NCBI RefSeq assembly: GCF_009834535.1
Contig: NC_045717.1
Location: 27,032,001 to 27,096,000 of the forward strand
Direction of reading: 5' to 3'
From: Camelus ferus
Taxonomy: Eukaryota
Length of the DNA stretch: 64,000 nucleotides
Shown: piece by piece, positions 47,761-64,000 of the stretch
Layout of the letters: every line of letters begins with the position of its first letter
Position numbering within the stretch: the first letter of the stretch is position 1
Notes under the pieces: generated by a model
What the model saw: the letters and a program-made list of their open reading frames with translations, nothing else
Database searches by the model: none
What the model was told of the DNA's origin: nothing
Made by a program: the position numbers and the translations under genes

Positions 47761-49565
47761 TCACTCACAAGTGCCAGGCATGTGTGAGAGCCTGGCGATA
47801 TTCGGGGGTTCAGTGGAAGGCCCTTGCTCACCCACCTTGCCCCACAGGGACCCTGAAAGGTGGGATTGTGCCCCTACAGCCAGGGAGAAACACGTCTGTG
47901 TGACGTCTCCTGCGGCTGCCGGGGTGCTGAGCACCATGAGGTGGCCTGGCAAGTGGCTGCCTGAGGGGTGGGCTGCAGGTCTGGAGGGCTCCAGCCTCAG
48001 CGGCCCATGCCTGCACCTCTGGCAGCAGGAGCCTCAGCACCTTCAGGGTGGTCCTGGGGCCCAAGCTGGCCCACGCTGAGTCCACTGGCTTTCTTCCACA
48101 CAACGTATGCGACTGTGCCCTGCCTGCTCTGTGATGCCCAGCCAGACCCCAAGACCCCCAGCTCCTCGGGGTGGCCTGGCTGGCTGGGCCAGGCAGGGCA
48201 ACCCCACCTCAGAGGAAAGGGAAGGATCCAGGCTGGTGAACGGGCTCAGGACAAAGCCTGGAGCTGGGGAGGCCTCCAGCCATGATCATCCTTACTGTAA
48301 TTCCTGTTACTCCTCTGTCTCTCCCTCTGCCTCTCTCTCTCTTACTTTATCTCTGCCTCTCTGTCTCTCTCTCTGTCTCTGTCCCTGGATCTCTCCCCAC
48401 CTCCAGCTCCACCCTCCTTCTCTGTCAACCCCACGCCCTGCCCAGGAGGGACCCGCTCTGCACCTGCGGTCATGCTGCTGGGTGATGCTCTGACGGGGGC
48501 CGCTGTGGTCCCCCAGGCCTGGCGAGGGGCCTCATGCGAGACATTCCGAGGCTCCAAGATGTGTGCAGCCCAGCGCCCTGCAGCCTCTGTCCCATGGTGG
48601 GCATCACCGGCCCACCCTCTCTCTGCCCCTAACCGTGACCCTGGCCACCCTCTCTCTGCAGGGTGAGCCCCAGCCCCCGGTCCTTCTCCCAGATGTGGTG
48701 CGGGGACGCCTGCTTCCTGGACATTCTGCTGTGCCTCCTTCTTCGTGACAGACAGGCGAGGCGGCGCAAGGCCTCAGCAAAGCCTCTCCCAAGCGGCACG
48801 CAGCCTCCGACCCGCCTGTCCCGAGGCCTTGCCACTCCCTCCCTGCTCCAAAGCCTCCACAGCTTCCCAGGCCCCACAGGAGAAGCCCCTGAGCCCCTCC
48901 TTCAAGGCCCTGGACTGACCCCCACAATCCTGGTGTTCTCGAGTCACCAGTGCCCACTTCAGCCTTGGACCCAGATCACCGCCTCTGTGCCCCCAACCCT
49001 GAAAACCGTCAGCACCGCGAGGGCGGGGGCCTTGACACCACTGTGAGCCACCTCCAGCACCTACTGGAGGCCGGCATACAGCAGACACTCAGTACATGCA
49101 ACAAACACAGCAGTGGCCACAAGGCTTTCCAGGGACTGGGGTTGCACGTGGGGAAGCAGGCAGTGACAGGCAGGGCTGGAACCCTACCTCCTTCAACCGG
49201 AGAGCTGGCTCCCAACCCTGAGAGGCAGCAGCCAACTGTGTACCAGGTGCTGTGGGAAGGTCCGCACACTCTCAGCAGGGACGTGCTGGGTAAACTGAGG
49301 CACGGAGAGCAGAGGGACCTCTGGGGTCACACGGCCAGGCAGCCAGAGCCCCCTTGCCGCCCCCCACTGCCCTGGCTCTTGGCCTCCATGCAGTGTGGTT
49401 ACCACCCACAGCCCCAAGGCAGGACCAGTTCAGAACTGGGCGTTGCTGGCGGGGCCAGGGCCTCTGACCACAGGCCACAGCCCAGTTCCCCCTTTCTGGG
49501 CCGTTAGAGAGGGTGGGGGCTGTGGCCTGCGGAGCTCTCAAGGGAGACGCCAGCCTGTGACAGCC

Positions 49566-49644
49566 ATGGGGCCCAGGGTGGGAGGCCGGGACTGCCTGCT
49601 GCTGGCTGTGACAACTGCCCTGGTGCTGCCCATGAGGCCCCCAG
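49566..49644 (+). CDS. PRSS57: PRSS57 exon 1 (signal peptide [26 protein letters not shown])
   Basis: gccATGG Kozak context; CCAG|GTGAGG donor, phase 1. Confidence 0.88.
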
Positions 49645-52600
49645 GTGAGGCGCCCCTGTTGCCCCGCCCAAGCCCGGGAAACCCCAGGTACACCCATGCG
49701 GGCCCCTGCCTGATGCAGCTACTCAATCCCCCAGAAGGCTGTTCTCTAATGTCTCCACTGGGAGTGGGGCAGGAGGACCAGCTGGAGTCTTGGTCAGGCC
49801 CAGGCCCAGTTTCGTGAGGTCGGGACCCACTCCGAGCAAACTCCAGGCCCTGCTCTGCATCTCTCCATCTCTGCCCCTTTCTCCCCCAGCCCAGCCAGCA
49901 CCTAAGCGGTCTCCATCAGCCCTTCTCCCCGGCCCACCCCTGCCTGCGAGCTCCTGGGGGGCACGGATCATCGGGGGCCACGAGGTGACCCCCCATTCCC
50001 GACCCTACATGGCGTCCGTGAACTTCGAGGGCCAGCACCACTGTGGGGGCTTCCTGCTGCGGCCGCGCTGGGTCATCTCAGCTGCCCACTGCTTCAGCCA
50101 CCGGTGAGCCCCGGCCCAGGTCCTCCTCCCACCAGCTCTGGGTGGGACAGGGGCTTGTGCAGAAGGAACTCTGAGCTGGGCCCAGTTTACCAGACAATGG
50201 TGGGGGGGGGGCAGCAGGAGAAATACAGGAGGAGCAGCCGCTGTGCCCACAGCGCTACAACTGGCACGGTCATCGTGAGTCCGCTGTTCTAACTGTCACC
50301 AACATTAATGCTGCAATCATTGGAGGCAAGACTACAATTAAGGTGGGGATTATAATAAATATAAATATAGTGAGTGTGATACTCTCAGTGTATTTTTATC
50401 AGCATTGTAATTAGCATAGCAGTGATTGGAGTTAATTCCATCATCAAGGTGGGAATGGTAATAAACACAATGCTTATCATCTCGGCTGGCAGGAGGATTA
50501 AACGGATTTGCTCCCCCCTGCTCCCCCCAATCCGGTTTCACAGATGGAGGGACACCAAGGCCCATGCTGGGCAGCCCTCACCCCAGTCTCGCTCACAGTG
50601 CTCCCTCCCCACCTGCAGAGACCCCCACATGGGCCTGGTGGTGCTGGGGGCCCACGCCCTGAACACATCAGAGGCCACACAGCAGGTGTTCAGCATCTCG
50701 GCTGCTGTCACACATCCCGACTACCAGCCCACGACTCATGCCAGTGACATCTGTCTGCTACAGGTGAGCTTCCTGGGGGCGGGAAGCCTGTCCCTACCAC
50801 CCTGCAATGGCCTGACCTGTTTTAAAGACACCTGGAAACAGTCGGGTCACATCCCTCTGCCCTCCACGCCTCCCACGCTTTCCCCCTCGGCCCCCAGACA
50901 CCTTCCTCGTTGAGCTACCAGCATTCCCAATAGGCTCCCACCCCTGGGTCTTTTCACTGGCCATGCCCCTCCTGGTGCACCCATCCCTAGACTCTGCGTG
51001 GCTTCCAAGTCTTTGCTCAGTTGTCACCATCTGCTCTGCCGCATCTCCCATCTCTTCACCTAACCCCACCTCTCCGGTGTCAGCACTGCCCACTCCTGTT
51101 AGCAGCACCTGCACCACTGGCTCCATCACTGTTGTTCACTGCCTCCTCCCAGCCTCAAGGGCAGGGATTTTGCTCTCTCTTAAGGCCAGAAATGGTACAC
51201 CGCAGGTGCTCAATGTTCATGCTGAAAAAGTTGACAAATGGGACTCTAGGGCCACCAAAGACCCCACCCCCTTCCCCCTCCCCAGGCCTCTGTGTGGCTT
51301 TGCTCCCTGCCCACAGCTGTGCATCTATTTGGACCCCACGTGGCCCCTCCTTCTCAGGGGACCACCCCTCCCGCAGCTCCCATCCAGGAGCCCCAAATTC
51401 AATTCCAGGCACTCTGAGGCTTCTACTTGAAAGAGAGAACATCCCCAAAATGCTGTCAAAATGTGGTGAAAAATCAAACAGGAGAGATGATCCATAGGAC
51501 AGACACGGGCCCCTGGGAACAGGAGGGTCTGGGGTGCGGTGCTCTCGCAGCAAAATACAAAGAGGGCAGCGAGTGTAGGCGGCCAAAGCTCGCATGTGAA
51601 TTTGACTCATCTGTGAAATCCCAAAGGCTGGGCCCCCTGCTCTGGTTCACCCATCCCGTGCTGCAGAGGTGAGACCGAGGCTGGGATGATCAGGGATGTG
51701 CCTAAGGTCAGGGAGTACCCACACCAGGGGCCTGAATCATCCTTCCATAACTGTTGACTGAGCACCAGCTGTGTGCTAGGCAGCAGGGACACAGCCATGA
51801 ACAAACAGCCCCCAGGCTGCCCCATGGGAACCCCCAGTCCTACAGGGTGGCAGCTGGGTAAACCAGCCTTGACAGGGGCACGTGGGAGCCCAGAGGAGGT
51901 GTCTGTCCTAGCCTGGCAGTCTGGGAAGGCTTCCTGGAGGAGGTGGTGTCTAAGCTGAAAGCTGAATAGGGAAGGCACTGCCGAGAGATTCAGCCTGAAG
52001 GGGTCTTCTGTTCTAGCCAAGAGATTACAGTCTTGCACTGTGAGCAAGTGTGAGCACGTGTGGCGGTGGGCTAGGGGGATGGCGGTCAATTTACTGGCTG
52101 GAGGGGAGGGCCGAGAGGCTTTACCTTGAGGGCAACGAGGAGCTGGAGGAGGGAGGGCTTAGATCGGGGAAGATGCTTGCTAGAAAGACCCTTTGGGCAG
52201 CTGAGGGGGTGAGCCTGGAGGCCTGGAGGCTGGGGGAGGCCGGAGTCCTGGTCTGAGGGAGATGAGGCCTGATGGGTGGGGGCCCATGGTGGCAAAAGCA
52301 GCAGGGCCCTCTAACAGCCCAGTGATGGCCACCACTGATTTCTCTCCATGAGGCCAAGAAGAGACCAGGTGTCCCAGAAAGGTAAACAGGTAGGAGTGGT
52401 GGGTGGCTGGGCGAAGTCCTAAACCCAGCCCTCTCCCTGCAGCTGAACCGCTCCGCCGTCTTGGGTCCCGCAGTGGGGCTGCTGAGGCTGCCGCGGAGGG
52501 GTGCCAGGCCTCTCAGGGCCGGGACACGGTGCAAGGTGGCCGGCTGGGGCTCCGTGTCCGACTTTGAGGAGCCACCACCTGGGCTGATGGAGGCCGAGGT

Positions 52601-53990
52601 CTGCGTGCTGGGCCTGGACGTCTGCAACAGCTCCTGGAGGGGGCAGCTGAGCCCTGCCATGCTCTGCACCCGCAGTGAGGACCGCCAGCGGCGTGGCTTC
52701 TGCTCGGTAAGATACTCTCTGCCTGCCTGACTCCTGTCTGGGGAAAATGAGGTCCACAGAGAGGATCAGAGCTGGGCAGAGCCTTGGGGGCTAAGTCCCA
52801 GCTCACTTGTGACCATGTGGGCCTTGCCCGAGGCCATGGAAGGCCAGGGAGTTGCCCAGGTTCATAAGGCTGCCATGTATGGCTGTGCAGGTTGCGCATT
52901 GCACAAATTGCTATCGATTTGTGTATTTAAAAGCAGTGTTCAGTAGGAGGCAATAACAGATCTCAAGGAAGAAACTCCTGCTTCTAAGACCTTGTATGTA
53001 TTAATGGCAAATTTGGCCCTGGTGTGGACAGAGAAACTCAGCTGGGGGCGGTGGGGGGGGGGTCTTCTGTTCCAGCCAAGAGAGTACAGTGGTTCAGATT
53101 CTGGAGCCCAGCTTCCTGGGTCTAAATTCAGACTGAGCCACTTCCTAGATGTGCGGTCTAGGAAAAGTCACCTCACTTCTCAGGACCTCACTTTCTCCAT
53201 CTTTAAAACTGCAACACTAATAGTACCTACTTCACAGGTTCAGAGCTGATTCCAGATGACAATTAGGAAAATAGGTCTGGGAAAGTGAAGGGAGAGAAGA
53301 AAGCAGGGATTTCAGGGTGAGTATTCAGGGAGGCCTCTCTGAGGAGGGCTCCTTTGAGCTGAGACTTGGAGGAGCCTTGAGAAGATCTGAGGGAAGGCAT
53401 GCCAGGCAGAGAGACCAGTCACAGGGCTGCCATGGACAGCTGTGCAGGTCGTGCACTGCACAGGGTGCTGCAGCCTTATGTACCTATACCAGTGGTGTCC
53501 AGGAGGGGGCAGTAACAGGCCTCAAGGATATGCAAAAGCCTAGAGATAGGAGTGAGCTTGGTTTGCTGCAGGTACAGCAAGGCAGGCTGGCACGGCTGGA
53601 ACCAAGTGAGAGAGGGGGAGAGGAAGGCAGACAGGTGTGTAGGGGCTGGATCTTCAAGGCCTTGAGGGCTGCAGTGAGGAGTTTAGTCTTTGCTGTAAGA
53701 GCACTAGGGAGTCACGGAAGGGTTTGAGGCAAGGAGGATCCTGATCAGACTTACACGTATCAGCTCCTTCAAGGAAAGTGAAGCCTAGAGAGGGACCCTG
53801 ACCTCACCTTGGCCTCCTCTTCCAGGCGGACTCTGGGGGACCCCTGGTGTGCAGAAATCGGGCTCACGGACTTGTCTCCTTCTCTGGCCTCTGGTGCGGT
53901 GACCCCAAGACCCCCGACGTGTACACGCAAGTGTCGGCCTTCGTGACCTGGATCTGGGATGTGGTTCAACAGGGCTCGCATGGCCGCTAG
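49566..53990 (+). CDS. PRSS57: PRSS57 (neutrophil serine protease 4), join(49566..49644,~49950..50103,50619..50763,52443..52706,53826..53990), about 268 aa; exon 2 start uncertain
   Basis: Signal peptide, [17 protein letters not shown], His in AAHC (50087), Asp in SDICLL (50746), Ser in GFCSADSGG (53832), plus the [17 protein letters not shown] motif typical of NSP4. Confidence 0.94.
49950..50103 (+). CDS. PRSS57: PRSS57 exon 2 (SWGARIIGG...AAHCFSHR); 5' boundary may instead be 49890, 49899 or 49920
   Basis: Inside ORF 49790..50107; donor CG|GTGAGC. The expected acceptor reads cctgcgag|ctcc, which is out of frame. Confidence 0.88.
50619..50763 (+). CDS. PRSS57: PRSS57 exon 3 ([14 protein letters not shown]...SDICLLQ)
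   Basis: cccacctgcag|A ... CAG|GTGAGC, 145 nt. Confidence 0.93.
52443..52706 (+). CDS. PRSS57: PRSS57 exon 4 ([14 protein letters not shown]...RRGFCS)
   Basis: ctctccctgcag|CTG ... TCG|GTAAGA, 264 nt. Confidence 0.94.
53826..53990 (+). CDS. PRSS57: PRSS57 exon 5 (ADSGGPLVC...VVQQGSHGR*)
   Basis: cctcttccag|GCG acceptor; TAG at 53988-53990. Confidence 0.94.
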   Translation, partial: ADSGGPLVCRNRAHGLVSFSGLWCGDPKTPDVYTQVSAFVTWIWDVVQQGSHGR

Positions 53991-54211
53991 CCCAGCCCCG
54001 ACCCAGGACCACCTGGCTCCCTGCAGGAGTGGCCTGAACCACAGCAGCACTGAGTACACAAATGAGAGGGCTAATGATGCAAATAGCTCTGGCCTGGAAA
54101 ATTCCATGGCTGGGGCAGAGGGTCCATGGGGTCCGCAAACCCTGAGAAGCCTGGTGGTGGGGGGGCGAGTTTGGGGGGCATTAGTTCCAAACAAAAAGGG
54201 CAAGATAACCA

Positions 54212-54217
54212 AATAAA
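54212..54217 (+). terminator. PRSS57: Probable PRSS57 polyadenylation signal AATAAA
   Basis: About 220 nt after the stop codon. Confidence 0.75.
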
Positions 54218-54714
54218 ATGTTAACTAACTAACCAGACATCATGGTCTTCCTCCAGGGCCCACCCATATTCCTCCAAGCCTCTCCTTGGCCTCCATGTGG
54301 CCATTCTGCCACTCCCTCCCTGAGGGACCTTGAGTCACAGGACCTGGGGCCCCTCCATCCTCCCATGCCTCTGTTTCTGGACCCTAAGCCAGGTGGCTTC
54401 CTGGGCTGCCCTCAGTCATCTTGACCACCCTTTCCCTCCCCTGCCCCATGAGGTGAAGACCCTCTCCACTACTTGTCTCCCCCTCCCCCAGCTCTGCCCA
54501 CTGCCTGAGGGCAGGCACTGAGGCCCAGGGACCGGTAGCAGCTGTCCAAGGACATATGCCCACGTCACTCCTCTGGATGTTTCCAGAAACCCCATGCAAC
54601 ACCCTAATGGCACCCCAGGCCCCTGGCTGGTAACCCCCTACCAAAGTGGGGCACACAGAGGCTCAGAGAGAGGGGCAAACCAAGGCCTGGACACCCAAAG
54701 TGACTTTTTCAGTG

Positions 54715-54720
54715 TTTATT
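54715..54720 (-). terminator. FSTL3: Probable FSTL3 polyadenylation signal AATAAA, convergent with PRSS57
   Basis: tttatt on the plus strand about 1.16 kb after the stop. Confidence 0.7.
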
Positions 54721-55877
54721 TCTTTGGCAGGCGAGGCAGGACCCCAGGGCAGGGGAGGTTGCCTTGTTGGGCGGCTCGGGTGAACCCGCTACTCAAGGGC
54801 ACTTTTCTGGGTGTCACAGGTAAGGCACTTCCTGGAAGCTGGGAGGATGAGCACCGCTGCCCCCCTGCCCTCGCTCCAAACTTGAGGAGCTTGGCACCCC
54901 CCTCCTGTCTGAGCACCTAGTCTACACACAGGCACAGGCAGGGGATGCAGCAAGAGCCCAGGTTATCGGATGGAGCGAACTGGATGGAGTAAATCGGCCC
55001 AAGGCCAGCATCCAGCTGGCAGGCAGGGAGGGTCCTGGGAACTGGGCCTAGAGGCCGGGCCAGGGCAGAACACGAGGGACTGAGGGGTCCTAGGTCTGGA
55101 CCTCATCTGTGGACAGGGCAGCGGGCACTGGGGATGCCCCTTGGACACACTGCTCCAGGGTGCCGGGTGTGCGGTAGATCTTGTTATCTACACCCTACCC
55201 TGGGCCAGTGGGTGAGCAGGGGCTTGTAGGCCCCACCAGGTCCCACGCCAAGAGAACTGGGCACCGCTGGACATGGTGCCCTGCTCTGGGCGGATGCTGG
55301 CTGCTTCACGACCAAGGCCTGTGTCAGGAGGCAGACAGTGCCCCTGGCCCTGGGATCAAGCTAGATTTCTCTCAGGGGACTTCACAGGACATATGGGGGA
55401 ATTGGAGGCAGGGGGAAGGTAAGCCCCTTGGGTACCCTTGGGCTGGTGGGGGACAGTGGTTGCTTCCTTGGCCTGTCTGGGGTATCTGGGCATGCTCAGC
55501 TACACACACCCAGGCTGCGAATCACCTCCTCACCCCCTGGTCCCTGTTCTAGAAGGCCAGGGTGCTGCTTCATTAACTGCTGGCAGGGAATCCCCAGCCC
55601 TCTTGGTGGCAGTGATAATTAACAGAGTTACCCCCAAGGGAGTAGAAGCGTGGTATCCGGGGGCCTGGGGTGAGGCCCCTCCCACCAGCCCTGCTCCCAG
55701 GCCTCTTTCCCTCAATTCTTCCAAGTGTCGTCAAGTGGGGAGGGCGGGCACTAGGGCTCCCGAAATGGTCGCGGTCCAGGCTCTGGGAAGTGTCCGTGGG
55801 ACATAAATTAGACTCTGCTGTGGCAATAAATAAAACGGGAAGGCCTTGAACGCCAGGCCCAGGCCGGCCCCACGGGC

Positions 55878-60937
<5,060 letters not shown>

Positions 60938-60958
60938 GGCGAACGCAGACGCGGAGGC

Positions 60959-60961
<3 letters not shown>

Positions 60962-60991
<30 letters not shown>
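60962..60991. repeat. (GGC)10 tract, i.e. sense (GCC)10, about 25 nt upstream of the FSTL3 ATG
   Basis: Counted directly. Confidence 0.9.
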
Positions 60992-62971
60992 AGCGGCCCC
61001 CGCGTTTGACTTGCGGGCGGCGGGTGACGGGTGACGGGCGGCGGGCGGGCGGCAGGGAGGGCGGCGGCACCGACTTCCAGCGCGCGGCCGGCACTCCCTA
61101 TAAAGGTCCCGCTGGCTGCGGGCGGGGCGGGGCCGGCGGGCCGGGGCGGGGCGCGTGAACGGCGGGGCCCGGGGCAGTGTCGCGCGCGATGTGGGCGCCA
61201 GCTGGTGTAGGGCGGGGGGTCAGACCTCGGAGCCGGCCCTGGGGGTGTGAGTTCGAGGTGTCGCCCTGCGTTTGAGGGGACTTCTGCTGTAGGGCTGAGC
61301 AAACTGGTGACCACGGGGAGCACGTCTGCAAGCCTGTACACCACGTCGTGGTTTACATGTGGTCATTTGTGTGACCCAACTGTGGTCTGGGCTCCTGGCC
61401 CGTCCTCCCCGTCCCTACACACCCACACACTCGGGGACCTCGGGCCCAGCTGTTCCCTGCTCAGGCCACCCAGCTGGCCACCTGGCCTCTGGAGCCTGCG
61501 GGCACAGCTGGGTGTGAACAGGTTGAGGGGGAGATGCTGCAGGGCAGACAGCAGCGGAGGCGCGTGGCAGAGAGCCCCAGAGACGCAAGTGGTCCCCACA
61601 ACATTTCAGACGGCAGTGATCACACCACCAGACTTCCAAAGTGCCCAGCGTGTGCCTGGCCTCTGCCCCTCACACCCCGGAGACTGTACCAAACTCCCCA
61701 GGCCACATCAACAAGAGCCTCCTGGCTCCTCTTCTCGAAGGTTCAGTGCTCCCTGTTCTCAGCCACCCTGGAATCCTGGGTTTCCCACAATTTACGATGG
61801 TGACATCGGGATGGGCCTGGGGAGCATGGAGTCCACTGGGGCCTCAGTGCAGCAGGATGCTTTTCCTATTTTGGAGTGATCCCTTCCATCTTGGGGGCCT
61901 CCCAAACCGTGAGAGCATCTTAACCTACTCATGGCTCCTGGGCAGCCCCTCCATGTTTGTGTTTCTAAGAAATAATTAATGACCATCTCCTGGTGACAGG
62001 GACTGTTGGGGGCTGCTGGGGTATCAGATTGACCAAGGCAGATCCAGTCTTGTCCTCACTGAGCCCATGGTTTGAAGAGGCCATAGACAGCAAAATACAT
62101 AGACAAACAAATTAATATATAACTTCAAAGAGTGGTAAATGCTTTTAGGAAAATAAAAATGATTGAGAGCAATTGGTTATCTCCCAGGGCCACTGATGCC
62201 TCATCATCTGCCCATTCCTGCCTCTGCCCCCTCCCCAAGTGTAGAAACAGAGGGTCGCTGAAGGCACAGCCTACCCTCTGCTGTTGGCAGACACCACGGC
62301 CAGACCCGTTCCTCTACCTTAGCTGCCCAGCCTGGCCCGTGTCCCCCAGTCCTGTGGCCAAGGGCCACATTACTTCCTAGCCACGCTGAGGAAGGGCTCC
62401 CAACTGTCTTGACCTGGCCTTGGCCTCTGACAGTCCAAGGGGATTCTCCCCTGGTTGGGAAATGAAGCAGGAATGAGACCCTGTGTTCTCACCAAGGGTG
62501 TGCCGGGGCTGGACAGCTTGACCTTGGCCAGGACCTGACTACACCATGGCTCGGCCACCCCGTCCTGGGCTGTGCAAATAAAAGGGCCATTGTCAGCCTG
62601 GTGTGGGTTCGAAACGGTGGCCAGCAGCCAGCAGACTCCTGCTCCCCTTCCTGATATGTCCCCCCAACCCAGAGGCTGTGCACTGGGTGACCTCAGCAAG
62701 TCGCTGGCCCTCTTGGGGGGTCTTCTTGTTAATATCTCCCATTTGTTTTCCCCATTTCATCCTGACCCAGCCTTGCAACCCGATTCCCACCCCAGGTGCC
62801 TGCTGTAAGGCTCCTCTGTAGCTCAGACCCCCACCACGACTCCCTGTGGCCCCTGTTCACCACCCCTGGTGGATAGACAGTGACAGTCCAAAGTAATCAG
62901 AGCTGTGATGGAGGATGCTGGACCTGACCCAGCCTGGGAAGATCAAGGCAGACTTCTCAGAAAAGGACTTT

Positions 62972-63143
62972 TTTTTAAAGTTTGGTTTTTTAAAAATTTT
63001 ATATATTTATTAATTTGGGGGGGGGGAAGGGAGGAGGTAATTAGGTTTCTATTTATTTATTTTTAATGGAGGTACTAAGGATTGAACCCAAGACCTTGTG
63101 CATGCTAGGCATGTGCTCTGCCACTGAGCTATACCCTCCGCCC
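62972..63143 (-). mobile_element. Second copy of the tRNA-Ala-derived SINE, with target-site duplication
   Basis: Same head and tail, reversed. Flanked by ctcagaaaaggacttt (about 62956) and ctcagaagaggacattt (about 63143). Confidence 0.88.
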
Positions 63144-63254
63144 TCAGAAGAGGACATTTAGATTGACGTAGACTGAACTGTGTGGTGAGGGGACATGGGA
63201 AAGGAAGTAATGGGCTGTTTGTGCCACAAGTAAGAGAAAGCCTGAATACAGACC

Positions 63255-63720
63255 CCCTGAGACGTTTGTGTCCTAGTCCCAGGACCCTGTGAATATGTCA
63301 CTACCGTTCAAGGCAGAAGGACTTGGCAGCTAGGATTACGCTGAGGACAGTTGGGTGGGAAAAGGATCATGGGTTCCCTGGGTGGGCCCAGTGTCATCAC
63401 AGGATCCTTGAAAGTGGAAACCTTTCCCTCTATGGTCGGCGAGATGTAACAGGAGGACTNNNNNNNNNNNNNNNNNNNNNNNNNNNNNNNNNNNNNNNNN
63501 NNNNNNNNNNNNNNNNNNNNNNNNNNNNNNNNNNNNNNNNNNNNNNNNNNNNNNNNNNNNNNNNNNNNNNNNNNNNNNNNNNNNNNNNNNNNATACCTTG
63601 ATTTTAGCTCAGGGAGACCCACGTTGGACTCCTGACCCCCAAAACTGGAAGAGAAAAATGTGTGTTGTTTTAAGCCACCAAATTGGTGTTGATCTGTTAC
63701 AGCAGCAAGTACAAAGGGGC
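63255..63720 (+). mobile_element. MaLR LTR (MLT1C/D-like) spanning the assembly gap
   Basis: ccctgtgaatatgtcac...ggcagaagggact ... gttgttttaagccaccaaatt...gttacagcagc. Confidence 0.7.
63460..63592. other. Assembly gap (133 N)
   Basis: Run of n characters. Confidence 1.
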
Positions 63721-64000
63721 TCTGTGCGCGGGGTTCAGTGTCGTAGTGCTGTGGTCCCTGCCTGGCTGCAGACAAACAGGGGAGTGAACACAAATATGAA
63801 GACAGTGGCAGGACAGAGACCCTGGGAGCAGGAAGGTTGCGGGGCCTCGGAGGCCTGGAGGGAGAAGGAAGCATCTAGGGGAGGCCCAGTCCAGGCGGTG
63901 CCAGCTCAGCCGTGTCACATGTGACCTTTCTGTGCCTCCACTCTCTCGTCTGTAAAATGGGCACAGTTCCCAGACATGCCGATTCCAGTCAGGATGCTAG

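Noticed and set aside
55825-55834. AATAAATAAA on the plus strand as a polyadenylation site
   Set aside because: It is the reverse complement of an AU-rich stretch (UUUAUUUAUU) in the FSTL3 3'UTR; no plus-strand gene ends here.
63323-63874. ORFs running through the N-gap
   Set aside because: They are open only because N codons mask stops; the region is an MLT1 LTR.

Overview
GC-rich mammalian genomic DNA, probably camelid, based on the tRNA-Ala-derived SINE and its tail. It is syntenic with human 19p13.3 but reversed. Four spliced protein-coding genes were rebuilt exon by exon from splice signals and recalled orthologue peptides: MISP (minus, 648 aa), PALM/paralemmin-1 (minus, 9 coding exons), PRSS57/NSP4 (plus) and FSTL3 (minus, 262 aa). 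As written, PALM has a +1 frameshift in its last exon that removes the CaaX membrane anchor, and the expected PRSS57 exon-2 acceptor is scrambled. Both may be assembly errors, since this is a draft with an N-gap. The rest is CpG islands, CTCF-like motifs, old L1/L2/MIR/MaLR/hAT fossils, two young SINE copies, a 46-bp minisatellite and microsatellites. I see no clearly new biological system. The best leads are: a PALM-MISP tandem that mirrors PALM2-AKAP2; an inverted duplicated CTCF-bearing element; near-identical cores shared by very old repeats; and a diverged in-frame duplication of the FSTL3 exon 3 end. Orthologue comparisons and repeat family names come from memory, not database searches.
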